From assembly GCF_009914755.1 (NCBI RefSeq), contig NC_060943.1: a DNA stretch of 64,000 nucleotides. One strand, given 5' to 3'. The stretch's first letter is position 1; the number at the start of each line of letters is the position of its first letter. This DNA comes from the human T2T-CHM13v2.0 reference genome, Homo sapiens. This document shows, in pieces, positions 12,946 through 29,490 of the stretch. The translations under genes were made by a program, and so were the position numbers. The notes beneath the pieces were generated by a model that saw only the letters and a list, made by a program, of their open reading frames with translations, was not told the origin of the DNA and did no database searches.

Positions 12946-15838
12946 CTGCTACTTTCTAGTTTTTATCTAAAGATATTTCCTGTTTCACCTATGGCTTCAA
13001 TGCAGTCCCAAATTTCCCTTGGTAGATTTTACAGAAACAGTGTTTCCATAGTGCTCAATCAAAATAATTATTTACCTTTGTGCAAGGAATGTACACATCA
13101 CAAAGCAGTTTCCAGAAAGCTTCTTTTCTGTTTTTATCAGAAGATATTTCATTTTCACCACAGGCCTTGAAGCGCTCCAAAATATCCCTTCGCAGATTCT
13201 ACAAAAACAGTGTTTCTAAACTGCTCAAGCAAAAGAGAGGTTTTACTCTGTGAGATGAATGCACTCATAAAAATATGGTTTCTCAGAGAGCTTACTTCTA
13301 GTTTTTATCTGAAGATATTTTCTTTTTCACCATAGGCCTCAATGCGCTCCCAAGTATACCTTCACAGATACTACCAATACAGTATTTCCAAAATACTCAA
13401 TCCAAAGAAAGGTTTAATTCTGTTAGATGAATGCACAAATCACGAAGCAGTTTCTGAGAAACCTTCTTTCTAGTTTTTCTCTAAAGATATTTCCTTATTC
13501 ACCATAGGCCTCAAAGCATTACCAAATATCCCTTCACAGATTCTACAAAAACAGTATTGCCAAACCACGCAATCAAAAAGATTTAACTCTGTGAGATGAA
13601 TGCACTCATCACCAAGCAGTTTCTCAAAATGACTCTTTCCACTTTTAATCTGAAGATATTTCCTTTTCACCATAGGCCTCAGCACACTCCCAGATATCCC
13701 TTCGCAGATTCTACAAAAACAGTGGTTCCAAGCTGCTCAATCAACAGACAGTTTTAACTATATATGATGAATGTGCACATCACAAAGCAGTTTCTGAGAA
13801 AGCGTCTTTCTAGCTTTTATCTGAAGATACTTCCTTTTGCACCATGGGCCTCAGTGCACTCCCAAATATACCTTCATAGATTCTACCAAAACAGTGTTTC
13901 CAAACTGCTCAATCAAAAGAAAGGTTTAACTCTGTGAGATGAATGCACACATCACATAGCAGTTTCTCAGAAAGCTTTTTTCTAGTTTTTCCCTGAAGAT
14001 ATTTCCTTTTTCACTATATGCCTCAATGAGCTCCCCTATACCTCTTCCTAGATACTACAAAAACAGTGTTTCCAAACTGCTCAATGAAAGGAAAGTTTTA
14101 ACTCTATATGATGAATGGACACATCATAAAGCACTGTCTCAGCATCTGTCTTTCTACTTTTTATCTGAAGATATTTCCTTTTTCACCATTGACTTCAAAG
14201 TACTCCAAAATATCTCCTCGCATATTCTACCAAAACAGTGTTTCCAAATTGCTCAATGAAAAGAAATATTTAACTCTCTGAGATGAATGCACTAATCATT
14301 AAGTAGTTTCCCAGAAAGCATCTTTCTAGTTTTTACCTGAAGATATTTCCTTTTTCACCATAGTCCCCAATGCCCTCCCAAATATCCCTTCACAGATTCT
14401 ACCAAAACAGTGTTTCCAAACTGCTCAACCAAAAGAAAGGTTTAACTCTGTGAGATGAATGCACACATCACATAGCAGTTTCTCAGAAAGATTTTTTCTA
14501 GTTTTTCCCTGAAGATATTTCCTTTTTCACTATAGGCCTCAATGAGCTCCCCTATAACCCTTCCGAGATACTACAAAAACAGTGTGTCCAAACTGCTTAA
14601 TCAAAGAAAGGTTTAACTCTGTGAGATGAATGCACTCATCTCAAAGCAGTTTCTCATAAAGCTTCTTTCTAGTTTTTATCTGAAGATATTTCTTTTTCAC
14701 CATAGGCCTGAATGCACTCCCAAATATCCCTTCACAGATTCTACCAAAACAGTGTTTCCAGACTTCTCAATCAAAAGAAAGTTTTAATTCTATGAGAAGA
14801 ATGCATACATAATAAAGCAGTTTCTGATAAAGCTTCTTTCTAGTTTTTATCTGAATATATTTCCTTTTTCATCACAGGCCTCAAAGAGCTCCCAAATATC
14901 CCTTCACAGATCCTACCAAAGCATTGTTTCCAAACTGATCAATCGAAAGAAAGGTTTAATGCTTTGAGATGAATGCACACATCACATAGCAGTGTCTCAG
15001 AAAACTTTCTACTTTTTCTCTGAAGTTATTTCCTTTTTCACCATAGCATCAACGTGATTCCAAATATTCCTTCACAGATACTACCAAAACAGTGTTTCCA
15101 AAATGCTCAATCAAAAGAAAGGTTTAACTCTGTCATTTGAATACACGCATCACAAAACAACCTCTCAGAAAGCTTCCTTATACTTTCTCACTGCAGATAT
15201 TTTGTTTTCTAACATAGGTCTCAATGCGCTCCCAAATATACCTTCGCAAATATTATAAAAACAATGTTTTCAAACTGCTTAATCAAAAGAAAGTTTTAAG
15301 TCTGTGAGATGAGTGTACTCATCACAAAGCAGTTTCTCAGAAAGCTTCTTTCAAGTTTTTCTCCAAAGATATTTCCTTTTTCACCATAGCCCTCAACGTG
15401 CTCCAAAATGTCAATTTAAAGGTTCTACAAAACCAGTGTTTCCAGACAGCTCAATCAAAAGAAAGGTTTAACTCTGTGAGATAAGTGCACACATCATTTA
15501 GAAGTTTCCCAGAATGCTTGTTTCTAGTTTTTATCTTAAGCGATTTCCTTTCTCACCATAGGCCTTAAAGCACTGCCAAATATCCTTTCTCAGATTCTAC
15601 AAAAAAACAGTGTTGCAAAACTGCTCCATCAAAGGAAAGGTTTAACTCTCTGTGATGAATCCACTCATCACAAAGTAGTTTCTCAGAATGCTTCTTACTA
15701 GTTTTTATCTGAAGATATATGTTTTTTCACCATAGGCCTCAATGCGCTCCCAAAAATCCCTTTGCAGGTTCTACCAAAACAGTGTTTCCAGACTGCTCAA
15801 TCAAAAGAAAGATTTAACTCTCTTAGAAGAATGCACAC
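12946..15838 (-). repeat. Monomeric alpha satellite, family 1
   Basis: Same monomer type and phase resume after the Alu TSD. Confidence 0.97.
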
Positions 15839-16456
15839 CTTTGTGGAGCCAAGTTGGCTGAAAAGGAACTGCTCCAGTCTACATCTCCCAGCATGAGTGA
15901 CACAGAAGACGGGTGATTTCTAAGGTCAAACTGGGTGGAGCCCACCACAGCTCAAGGAGGCCCGCTTGCCTCTGTAGGCTCCACCTCTGGGGGCAGGGCA
16001 CAGACTAACAAAAGACAGCAATAACCTCTGCAGACTTAAATGTCCCTGTCTGACAGCTTTAAAGAGAGTAGTGGTTCTCCAAGCACACAGCTTGAGATCT
16101 GAGAACGGGCAGACTGCCTCCTCAAGTGGGTCCCTGATCCCTGAGTGGCCTAACAAGGAGGCACCCCCCAGTAGGGGCAGACTGACAACACACAGGACCA
16201 GGTACTCCTCTGAGACAAAACTTCCAGAGGAACGATCAGGCAGCAGCATTTGCACTTCACCAATATCTGCTGTTCTGCAGCAACCACTGCTGATACCCAT
16301 GCAAACAGTTTACGGACATCCAGCAAACTCCAACGGACCTGCAGGTGAGGGTTTTGACTGTTAGAAGGAAAATTAACAAACAGAAAGGACATCCAAACCA
16401 AAAACAAATCTGTACATCACTATCATCAAAGACCAAAGGTAGATAATACCATAAAG
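15839..16456 (+). promoter_or_regulatory. L1 5'UTR internal promoter, degenerate
   Basis: The YY1 site is mutated (AAGATGGCC to AAGTTGGCT). A deletion junction GATTTCT|AAGGTCAAACTGGG lies at ~15921. Confidence 0.8.
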
Positions 16457-17470
16457 ATAGGGAAAAAACAGACCAGAAAAACTAGAAACGTTAAAAATCA
16501 GAGTGCCTCTCCTCCCCCAAAGGAACGCAGCTCCTCACCAGCAATGGAACAAAGCAGGATAGAGAGTGACTTTGATGAGCTGAGAGAAGAAGGCTTCAGA
16601 CAATCAAACTACTCTGAGCTAAAGGAGGAAGTAAGAACCAATGACAAAGAAGTTAAAATCTTTGAAAAAAAAATTAGACGAATAGCTAACTAGAATAACC
16701 AATGAAGAGAAGTACTTAAAGGACCTGATGGAGCTGAAAACCACGGCATGAGAACTACGTGACGAATGCATAAGCCTCAGTAGCTGATGCGATCAACTGG
16801 AAGGAAGGGTATCAGTGATGGAAGATGAAATGAATGAAATGAAGTGTGAAGAGAAGCTTAGAGAAAAAAGAATAAAAAGAAACAAAGCCTCCAAGAAATA
16901 TGCGACTATGTGAAAAGAACAAACCCACGTCTGATTAGTGTACCTGGAAGTGACAGGGAAAATGGAACCAAGTTGGAAAACACTCTGCAGGATATTATCC
17001 AGGAGAACTTTCCCAATCTTGCAAGGCAGGCCAACATTCAGATTCAGGAAATACAGAGAAGGCCACAAAGATACTCGTTGAGAAGAGCAACTTAAAGACA
17101 CATAATTGTCAGATTCACCAAAATTGAAATGAAGGAAAAAATGTTAAGGGCAGCCAGAGAGAAAGGTTGGGTTACCCACAAAGGGAAGCCCATCAGACTA
17201 ACAGCAGATCCCTCGCCAGAAACTCTACAAGTCAGAAGAGAGTGGGGGCCAATATTCAACATTCTTAAAGAAAAGAATTTTCAACCCAGAATTTTATATC
17301 CAACCAAACTAACCTTCATAAGTGAAGGAGAAATAAAATACTTTACAGACAAGCAAATGCTGAGAGACTTTGTCACCACCAGGCCTGCCCTAAAAGAGCT
17401 CCAAATAGAAGCACTAAACATGGAAAGGAACAACCGGTACCAGCCACTGCAAAAACATGCCAAATTGTAA
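16457..17470 (+). pseudogene. L1 ORF1p, disrupted
   Basis: Start codon is ATA (ATAGGGAAAAAACAG). Fragments LENTLQDIIQENFPNLARQANIQIQEIQR and MKEKMLRAAREKG...KHAKL* are recognisable, with internal stops and frameshifts. Confidence 0.93.
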
Positions 17471-17533
17471 AGATCTTCAAGGCTAGGAAGAAACTGCATC
17501 AATTAACGAGCAAAATAACCAGCTAACATCATA

Positions 17534-21363
<3,830 letters not shown>

Positions 21364-21584
21364 ACAATAAGAACACATGGATAGAGTAAGGGGAACATCA
21401 CACACTGTGGACTGTTGTGGGTGGGGGAAGGGGGGAGGGATAACGTTAGGAGGTATACCTAATGCTAAATGACGAGTTAATGTATGCAGCACACCAACAT
21501 GGCACATGTATACATATGTAACATACCTGCACGTTATGCACATGTACCCTAAAACTTAAAGTATAATAATAATAAAATAGGAAA

Positions 21585-23410
21585 AGAAGAATGCACACAT
21601 CACAAAGCCTTTTCTGAGAAAGCTTATTTCTAGTTTCTATCTTTAGATATTTCCTTTTTCACCATTGGCCTCAGTGCGCTCCCAAATACTCCTTCATAGA
21701 TGCTACCAAATCAGTGTTTCCAAAGTGTTTAGTCAAAAGAAAGCTTTAACTCTGTGAGATGAATGCACACATCACAAAGAAGTTTCTCAGAAAGCTTTTT
21801 TCTAGTTTTTCTCTGAAGATATTTCCTTTTTCACCATAGGCCTCAATGTGATCCCAAATATCCCTTTGCAGATTCCACCAAAACAGTGTTTCCAAACTGC
21901 TAAACCAAAAGAAAGCTTTAACTCTGTGGTTTGAATGCACACAATAAAAGGAGTTTCTCAGAATTCTTTCTAGTTTCTCACTGCAGATATTTCCTTTTTC
22001 ACCATAGGCCTCAATGAGCTCCCAAATATCCCTTCACAGATTCTCCAAAAACAATGTTTTCAAACTGCTCAATCAAAAGAAAAGTGTAACTCTGTGAGAT
22101 GAATGCATACATCACGAAGTGGTTTCTGAGAAAGCTCATTTCTCATATTTATCTGAATATATTTCCTTTTTCACCATTGGCCTCAATGTGCTGTCAAATA
22201 TCCCTTCTCACATTCTACAAAAACTGTTGCCAAGCCACTCAATCAAATAAAAGTTTAACTCTGTGAAATGAACACAAGCATCACAAAGCAGTTTCTCAGA
22301 AAGCTTCTTTTTAATTTTTTTTGAAGAGATTTCCTTTTTCACTGTAGGCCTCAAAGCACTCCAAATGTCAATTTGCAGATTCTACAAAATCAGTGTTTCC
22401 AAACAGCTCAATCAAAAGAAAGGTTTAGCTGTGTGAGATAAATTCACACATCATGAAGCAGTTTCCCAGAAAGCTTCTTTCTAGTTTTTATCTGAAGATC
22501 TTTCCTTTTTCACCATAGGCCTTAAAGCACTTCCAAATATCCCTTCTCAGATTCTACAAAAAAACAGTGTTGCCAAACTGCTCCATCAAAAGAAAGGTTT
22601 AACTCTGTGAGATGAGTGCACTCATCACAAAGTAGTTTCTCAGAAAGTTTCTTTCTAGTTTTTATCTGAAGATATTTCCTTTTTCACCATAGGCCTCAAT
22701 GTGCTCCCAAAAATCCCTTCACAGATTCTACCAAAACAGTGTTTCCAGACTGCTTAATCAAAAGGAAGATTTAACTCTGTAAGAAGAATGCACGCATCAC
22801 AAAGTGGTTTCTGAGAAAGCTTCTTTCTAATTTCTATCTTTAGATATTTCCTTTTTCACCATTGGCCTCAGTACGCTCCCAAATATTCCTTCGCAGATGC
22901 TACCAAATCAGTGTTTCCACAGTGCACTATCAAAAGAAAGTTTTAACTCTGTGAGATGAATGCACACATCACAAAGAAGTTCCTCAGAAAGCTTTATTTC
23001 TAGTTTTTCTCTGAAGATATTTCCTTTTTCACTGTAGGCCTCAATGTGAGCTTAAATATCCCTTTGCAGATTCTACCAAAACATTGTTTCCAAACTGCTC
23101 AATCAAAAGCAAGTTTTAACTCTGTGATCTGAATGCACACAATACAAAGCAGTTTTTCAGAATTCTTCTTTCTACTTTCTCACTGCAGACATTTCCTTTT
23201 TCACCATAAGCCCCAATGAGCTCCCAAATATCCCTTCACAGATTGTACAGAAACAGTGTTTTCAAACTGCTCAATCAAAAGAAAAGTTTAACTCTGTGAG
23301 ATGAATGCATACATGACAAAGCAGTTTCTGAGAAAGCTTCTTACTAGTTTTTATCTGAAGATATTTCCTTTTTCACCATAGGCCTCACTGCACTCCCATA
23401 TATCCCTTTG
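21585..23410 (-). repeat. Monomeric alpha satellite, family 1, with a 7-monomer duplication
   Basis: Family-1 diagnostics persist to ~23400. TGCTACCAAATCAGTG occurs at 21701 and 22898 (offset 1197 = 7 x 171). Confidence 0.95.
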
Positions 23411-26400
23411 CAGATTCTACCAAATGAGTGTTTTCAAACTGCTGAATCAAAAGAAAGGTTTAACTCTGTGAGATGAGCTGCACATCACAATGTGGTTTCA
23501 CATTTATTTTCCTTCTGATTTTTATCTGGAAATATTGGGCTGTTCACCATAGGAGTTAATGGGTTCCAAAATGTCTCTTCACACAGTCTACAAAACTAGT
23601 GTTTCCAACCTGATGAATCAAAAGAATGGTTTAACCCATTGAGCTGAATCCACACTTAACAAAGTAGTTTCACAGATAGCTTCTTGATAGTTTTTATGTG
23701 GAGATATTCGGTTTCTCATCATAGGCATCTATGGGCTTATATATGTTCCTTCGCAGATTCTATCTAAAGGGTGTTTCCATCCTGTTGTATCAAAAGAAAG
23801 GTTTAACTCTGTTCAATGAATCCACACATCACAGAACACTTCACAGATAGTTTCTTTCTAGTTTTTATCTGGGAATATTTTGTTTTTCACAATAGGCCTC
23901 AAGGGGCTCCAAAATGTCCCTTCACAGATTCTGCAAAATGAGTGTTTCAAACCTGAGGATTCAAAGAAAAAGTTTAAGTCTGTGAGATAAATCCACACAT
24001 CAACAAAGGAGTTTCACTGATAGCTTTTTTCTAGTTTTTATCTGAGGATATCTTTTTTTTTCACCATAGGCCACAATGGGCTGTGATATGTCCCTAGTGA
24101 GATTCTACGAAAACAATGTTTTCATCCTGCTGAATCAAAAGAAAGGTTTACCTTGGTGAGATAAATTGAAACTTCACAAAGCAGTTTCAAAGACAGCTCC
24201 TTTTTAGTTTTTATCTTGGGATATTTTGTTTGCCACCCTAGGCCTCAAAGGGCTCCATAATATCCCATCGCCAATTCCACAAAATGAGTGTCTCCCAACT
24301 ACTGGATCAAAAAAAAAGTTTAAACCTGTGAGATGAATTGCACATCACAAAGCAATTTCACAGATAGCTTCCTTCTGGTTTTTATCTGGAAATATTGGGT
24401 TGTTCAACATAGGACTCAATGGGCTCCAAAAAGGCTCTTCACAGAGTCTACAATATGAGTGATTACAACCTGATGAATCAAAAGCTATGTTTAACTCTGT
24501 GATGTGAAGTCATACTTTAAAATGCAGTTTCACAGATAGCTTCTTTCTAGTTTTTATCAAGGTATATTCAGTTTTTCACAATAGGCCTCTAAGGGATCCC
24601 AGATTTCCCTTGGTAGATTCTACCAAAAGAGTGATTCCAACTTCCTGAATCAATATAAATGTTTAACTCTGTAAGATAAATCTAGACATTGTAAATAAGT
24701 TAAACAGGTAGCTTCTTTCTAGTTTTTATCTGGAGTTATTGAGTTTTTCACCATAGGCCTCTATGGGCTCTTAAATGTCCCTTTGCAGATGCTAACTAAA
24801 GACTTTTTCATACCTGTTGTGTCAAAAGAAATGTTTAACTCTGTGAGATGAATCCATACATCACAATGCAGTTACACATTTAGCTTTTTTCTACTTTTTA
24901 TCTGGGGATATTCTGTTTTTTACCATAGGCCTCTATGGGCTCTTAAATGTCCATTCACAGATTCCATCTAAAAAATGTTTCAAACACGCTATATTGACAG
25001 AAATGTTTAACTCTGTTAGATGAATAAATACATCCCAAACAGTTTCACAAAGAGCTTCCTTCTAGTTTTTATCAGGGGATTTTTTTTTTCATTATAAGCC
25101 TCAAAGGTCTCTCAAATGCCCCTTCCCAGATTGTACAAAAAGGTGTTTCAAACCTGCTGAATCAAAAGAAAGGTTTAACTCTATGAGATGAATCCACTCA
25201 CCACAGAGTTCATTCACTGATCCCTTCTTTCTAGTTTTTATCTTGAAATATTTGTGTGTGTGTGTGTGTTTTTACCATAGACAATAGTGAGCTCACAAAT
25301 CTATTTTCATAGATTCTAGCAAAAGAGTGTTTGCATCATGCTGAGTCAAAAGAAGGGTTTGAGTCTTTGAGATGAATCCACACATCACAAAGCAGTTTTA
25401 AAGATAGCTTCTTTCTGGTTTTTACCTGGGAATATTTGATTTTTCACCATGTACTTTAATGGGCTCCCAAATGTCACTATGCAGATTATAAAACAAAAAC
25501 ATTTGCAACCTGTTGAATCAAAACAAAGTTTTATCTCACTGAGATGAATCCACACATACCAAAGCAGTTAGACAGATTACTTCTTTTTAGTTTTTATCTG
25601 GGGATATTCAGTTTTTCACCTTAGGCCTCTATGGGCTCCCAAATGTCTTTCCACTGATTCTACCAAATGAGTGTTTCCAAGCTACTGAATCAAAAGAAAT
25701 GTTTAACTCTGTGAGATGAATCCACACATTGAAAAGCAGTTTTACAGACGGAGTCCTTCTAGTTTTTATCTTGGAATATTTGGTTATTCACCAGAGGCCC
25801 AAAAACCGCTACAAAATATCCATTCATAGATTCTACCAAAAGAGTGTTTTTAAAATGCTGAATGAAAAGTAGGGTTGAACTCTGTGAGATGAATCCACAC
25901 ATCAAAAAGCAGTTTTACAGACAGAGTCCTTCTAGTTTTTATCTTGGAATATTCGGTTATTCACCAGAGGCCCAAAAACCGCTACAAAGTGTCCATTCGT
26001 AGATTCTACCAAAAGAGTGTTTTTAAAATGCCAAATGAAAAGTAAGGTTGAACTCTGTGAGATGAATCCACACATCACAAAGCAGTTTCACAAGTAGCTT
26101 GTTTTTAATTTTGAGATATTCGGTTTTTCACCGTAGTCCGTAAAGTGCTCCCAAATGTCTCTTGGAAGATTCTACCAAGAAAGTATTTCCAACCTGTTGA
26201 ATCAAAAGATAGGTTTAACTCAGTGAGATGAATTCACATATCACAAAACAGTTTCACAGATAGATTCCTTCAAGTTTTTATCGGATTATATTGGGTTCTT
26301 CAACTTAGGTCTCTATGGGCTCCCAAATACCTCTCTGCAGGTTCTACAAAACGAGTGTTTCCAAGCTGCTGAATCAAAAGAAATGTTTAACTCTGTGAGA

Positions 26401-26868
26401 TGTATCCACATATCACAAAGAGGTTTCACTGATAGCTTCTTCCTAGTATTTATATTAAGATATTTAATTTTTTAACATAGGCCTCTGTAGGCTTCCATAT
26501 GTCCCTTCACAGATTCTTCCAAAAAAGTGTTTCAAATCTGCTGTATCAAAAGAAAGGTATAAGTCTGAGATGAATCCACATATCAAACAGCAGTTTCACT
26601 GATAATTTCTTTCTAGTTTTTATCTGTGGATATTCTGTTTTTCACCATAGGCCTCTAAGGGCTCACAAACGTCATTTTGCGGAATCTCCAAAAAGAGAAT
26701 TTCCAATCTGTTGAATCAAAAAAGGTTTAACTCTGTGAGGTGAATCCACGTATGACAAAGCAGTTTGACTGATAGCTTCTTCCTAGTTTTTATCTGGGGA
26801 TATTTTATTTTCATCATAGGCCTCAAAGTGCTCCCAAATGTAACTTCACAGATTCTACCTGAAGAGGG
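23411..26868 (-). repeat. Monomeric alpha satellite, family 2 (more divergent)
   Basis: Consensus changes to GAATCCACAC...GTTTCACAGATAGCTTC...TATCTGGGGATATTCGGTTTTTCACCATAGG...GGGCTCCCAAATGTCC...AAAAGAGTGTTTCCAACCTGCTGAATC. Confidence 0.95.
25253..25268. repeat. (TG)8 microsatellite inside an alpha monomer
   Basis: Read directly from the sequence. Confidence 0.9.
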
Positions 26869-27830
26869 AGTTGCAGGAAGTCAGGGACCCTGAACTGAGA
26901 ACTGAGGCACCCGCTGAAGCCATGGCAGAAGAACATGAATTGTGAAGATTTCATGGACATTTATTAGTTTCCCAAATTAATACTTTTATAATTTCTCACA
27001 CCTGTCTTTACTGCAATCTCTGAACATAAATTGTGAAGATTTCATGGACATTTCTCACTTCCCCAATCAATACTCTTGTGATTTCCTATGCCTTTCTTTA
27101 CTTTAATCTCTTAATCCCATCATGACCCTGTGATGATTCTGTTAACTGCACAAATTGTTTAAACAATATAAAATCTGGGCACCTTGAAAAAAGTTCATAG
27201 TAACAACGATGTTCAGGGACCAAGGGAGATAACCATTAGTTCTGGCTGCCTGAGACCTGGGTGGAACAGAGCCATATTTCTCTTCTTTCAAAAGCAAATA
27301 GGAGAAATATCACTGAATTCTTTTTCTTGACAAGGAACAGCTCTGAGAAAAAGAATGCATTCCTAGGGATAGGCCTCTGAAATGACTGCTCCGGGAAAAT
27401 CTGTCTTTTACGGTTGTAGGTAAGGGATGAAATAAGCCCAGTCTCCCATAGCAGGCTTATTAAGACGAGAAAATTCCTGCCTAATAAATTTTAGTCAGAC
27501 CAGTTGTCTGTTCTCAAACCCTGTCTCCTGACAAGATGTTATTAGTGACAATGTGTGCCCAAAACTTCATTAGCATTTTTAATTTTGCCCTAGTGCTGGG
27601 TGATCTCACCCTGCCTCTATTTGCCTTGTGATATTTTATTACCTTGTGAAGCAAGTGATCTCTGTGACCCACACCCTATTCCTATACTCCTTCCCCTTTT
27701 GAAAATCACTAATAAAAATTTGCTGGTTTTATGGCTCAGGTGGCATCATGGAACCTGCCGACATGTGATGTCTCCCCGGGAAAATAGAAAAGAACCCACA
27801 AAGAATTATTGGAGGTCGGATCCCCTAATA
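26869..27830 (+). promoter_or_regulatory. 5' LTR (MER11, MER11A-like) of provirus 1
   Basis: Starts (T>A)GTTGCAGGAAGTCAGGGACCC. Contains the internal repeat GAACATAAATTGTGAAGATTTCATGGACATTT twice and AATAAA at 27711. Two internal deletions (~27123, ~27779) relative to the other LTRs in the window. Confidence 0.9.
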
Positions 27831-27832
27831 TC

Positions 27833-27848
27833 TGGTGCACCAACGTGG
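27833..27848 (+). other. Primer-binding site (tRNA-Lys type)
   Basis: TGGTGCACCAACGTGG lies 2 nt after the LTR end and resembles the HERV-K Lys PBS TGGCGCCCAACGTGG. Confidence 0.85.
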
Positions 27849-27987
27849 TTTTTTCCTTTTCCCAAGTGCATGTGGGAACCCGATTCCCTTTTGTAGGTGC
27901 ACAGAAACGTCATTGGTTTGGTCCACAGAAATGCAGGTTCGACTCCCTGACAACTGGTGAGTAGCCTCTGTATGGTCTGGGTTAACT

Positions 27988-29140
27988 GTGGGTTACACGG
28001 AGTATAAAAATTATACTCATCTCTTCTATATTAAACTCCAGTTAAAACAGAAAAGGGTTCGAGTGCCCATGGAAAACATGGTAACCATGGAAAATATGGT
28101 CACTCTATTCAGGGTGGTGGAAAAATACTGTCCTTGGTTTCCTGGAAAAGGAACTGTATATGTAAAAGTAAGGGATTGTGTTGGTGCAACATTCCAGGAA
28201 CTGGTCTGGACAGGAAATTATGTTCCCATCACTGTTTGGGGGTGATTGGGACTTGGTAAGTGCCATCCTAATACCTCCTCAACTTTCCTCTCCCGCACGG
28301 CCTTCATTATCTGATCAGCCTCTCCCTTTGCCTACTCCTCCCCCATTTAATGATGCTGAGACTTCAATATCTAACTCTGCTGACTTTGGCTGAATGCTAA
28401 CCCCTACTTATCTTACTTCTTTTCATGAAGAGCTGGTACTTGAAGCTCCCGTGGCCATGACTCACACAGCCCAGGACCATAGGTATGCTAATTCTTCTCT
28501 CCTCAAGCCTCCAGCATCAGATAATGGCTCCAGCAGCAAACTACAATTTACCTATAATTCTCCAGGCCCTCCCCCATCCACTACAGCCCCTCACCCTCCT
28601 GTCATTTTGGTTCCTCAACCAGCCACTTTGCCATCCACTCAACCTGCTTGTCTGTAGCCTTCTTCACACATGGATGCCAGTCATCATCAGTATACCTCTG
28701 CCTCTTTTACTCCTTCAATGTCCCTTTCTCACATTCTCAAACTAGTCTGCATCAGTATGTGGGACTCAATCTTACCTTTTTAAAAGAATTTAAGGATTCT
28801 TGTACTCAGTATGGTCCTACTTCTCCTAATGTTAAAACAGCATTACAAACTTTGTGTGGAGGCAACTTTGCTTCCTTTAGACTGGGACCTTTTGACATAA
28901 GCTCTTCTAACCCCATCTCAGCCTGGCGGGCAGAGAAGGGCCATCTCCAGGCTCAGCTAAATCAGACTAATGGCATTCTAATTACTCAGGCTCAGCTCAC
29001 AGGCTCTGATAGTTTCTCTGATACTTATGCCCAATTAGGCTTTGATGCTCTTACCAGAAAACAAGTAACAAAGGTGTGTATGAGAGCTTGCAATACATTA
29101 CGTGCCCCAGGCCAAGCTCCTGTTTCTTTTACTACTGTTA
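27988..29140 (+). pseudogene. gag: HML-8 gag remnant (MA, spacer, partial CA)
   Basis: MA-like YIKLQLKQKRVRV...LFRVVEKYCPWFPGKGT. CA-like KEFKDSCTQYGPTSP and CMRACNTLRAPGQAPVSFTTVK. Start codon is GTG and the NC zinc knuckles are absent. Confidence 0.85.
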
Positions 29141-29490
29141 AAGAAGTTCAATTACTTTTACTACCTAATATCATTTTAAACAAATGAGATAAGACACGTG
29201 GCCCTGGGATTGGCTTCTGTGGTGAAAAGGCTGCTTATTGGATTAATGTAATTTCTAAACAATGGCCCACCCACACCATACACATTCCTGGAAAAAAGTT
29301 TGAGGGCCTAGTAGATACTGAGGCTGAAATTAATATTCCACATAACTCTTATGGTACTCCCCATCAGCATGTGATGGAAAACATGTTGTTTTTTCCTGGA
29401 CTCGGTCTCAGTGCAAAACATGAAGGGATTACTAAACCCCTCCCAATTACTGTAAAATAAGACAGTAATGGTTTAGGTTATCCTTTTTAG
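29141..29490 (+). pseudogene. pro: HML-8 pro remnant (dUTPase C-terminus, protease N-terminus, G-patch)
   Basis: QLLLLP...KAAYWINVISKQWP...GKKFEGLVDTEAE joins directly to INIP...PGLGLSAKHEGI...GLGYPF*. Confidence 0.8.

Noticed and set aside
528-14259. Short ORFs in alpha satellite (also those at 37-47 kb and 52.8-64 kb)
   Set aside because: These are chance open frames of the 171-bp repeat with recurring pseudo-motifs (ITKQFLRKLLSSF), and many lack an ATG start.
15915-15930. L1 deletions (here and at 48677) as splicing products
   Set aside because: The deleted segments do not begin with GT and end with AG, and they do not use the +97 donor.
26931-27052. ~32-bp direct repeat near the start of each LTR
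   Set aside because: It is present in all five LTRs and is an intrinsic MER11 feature.
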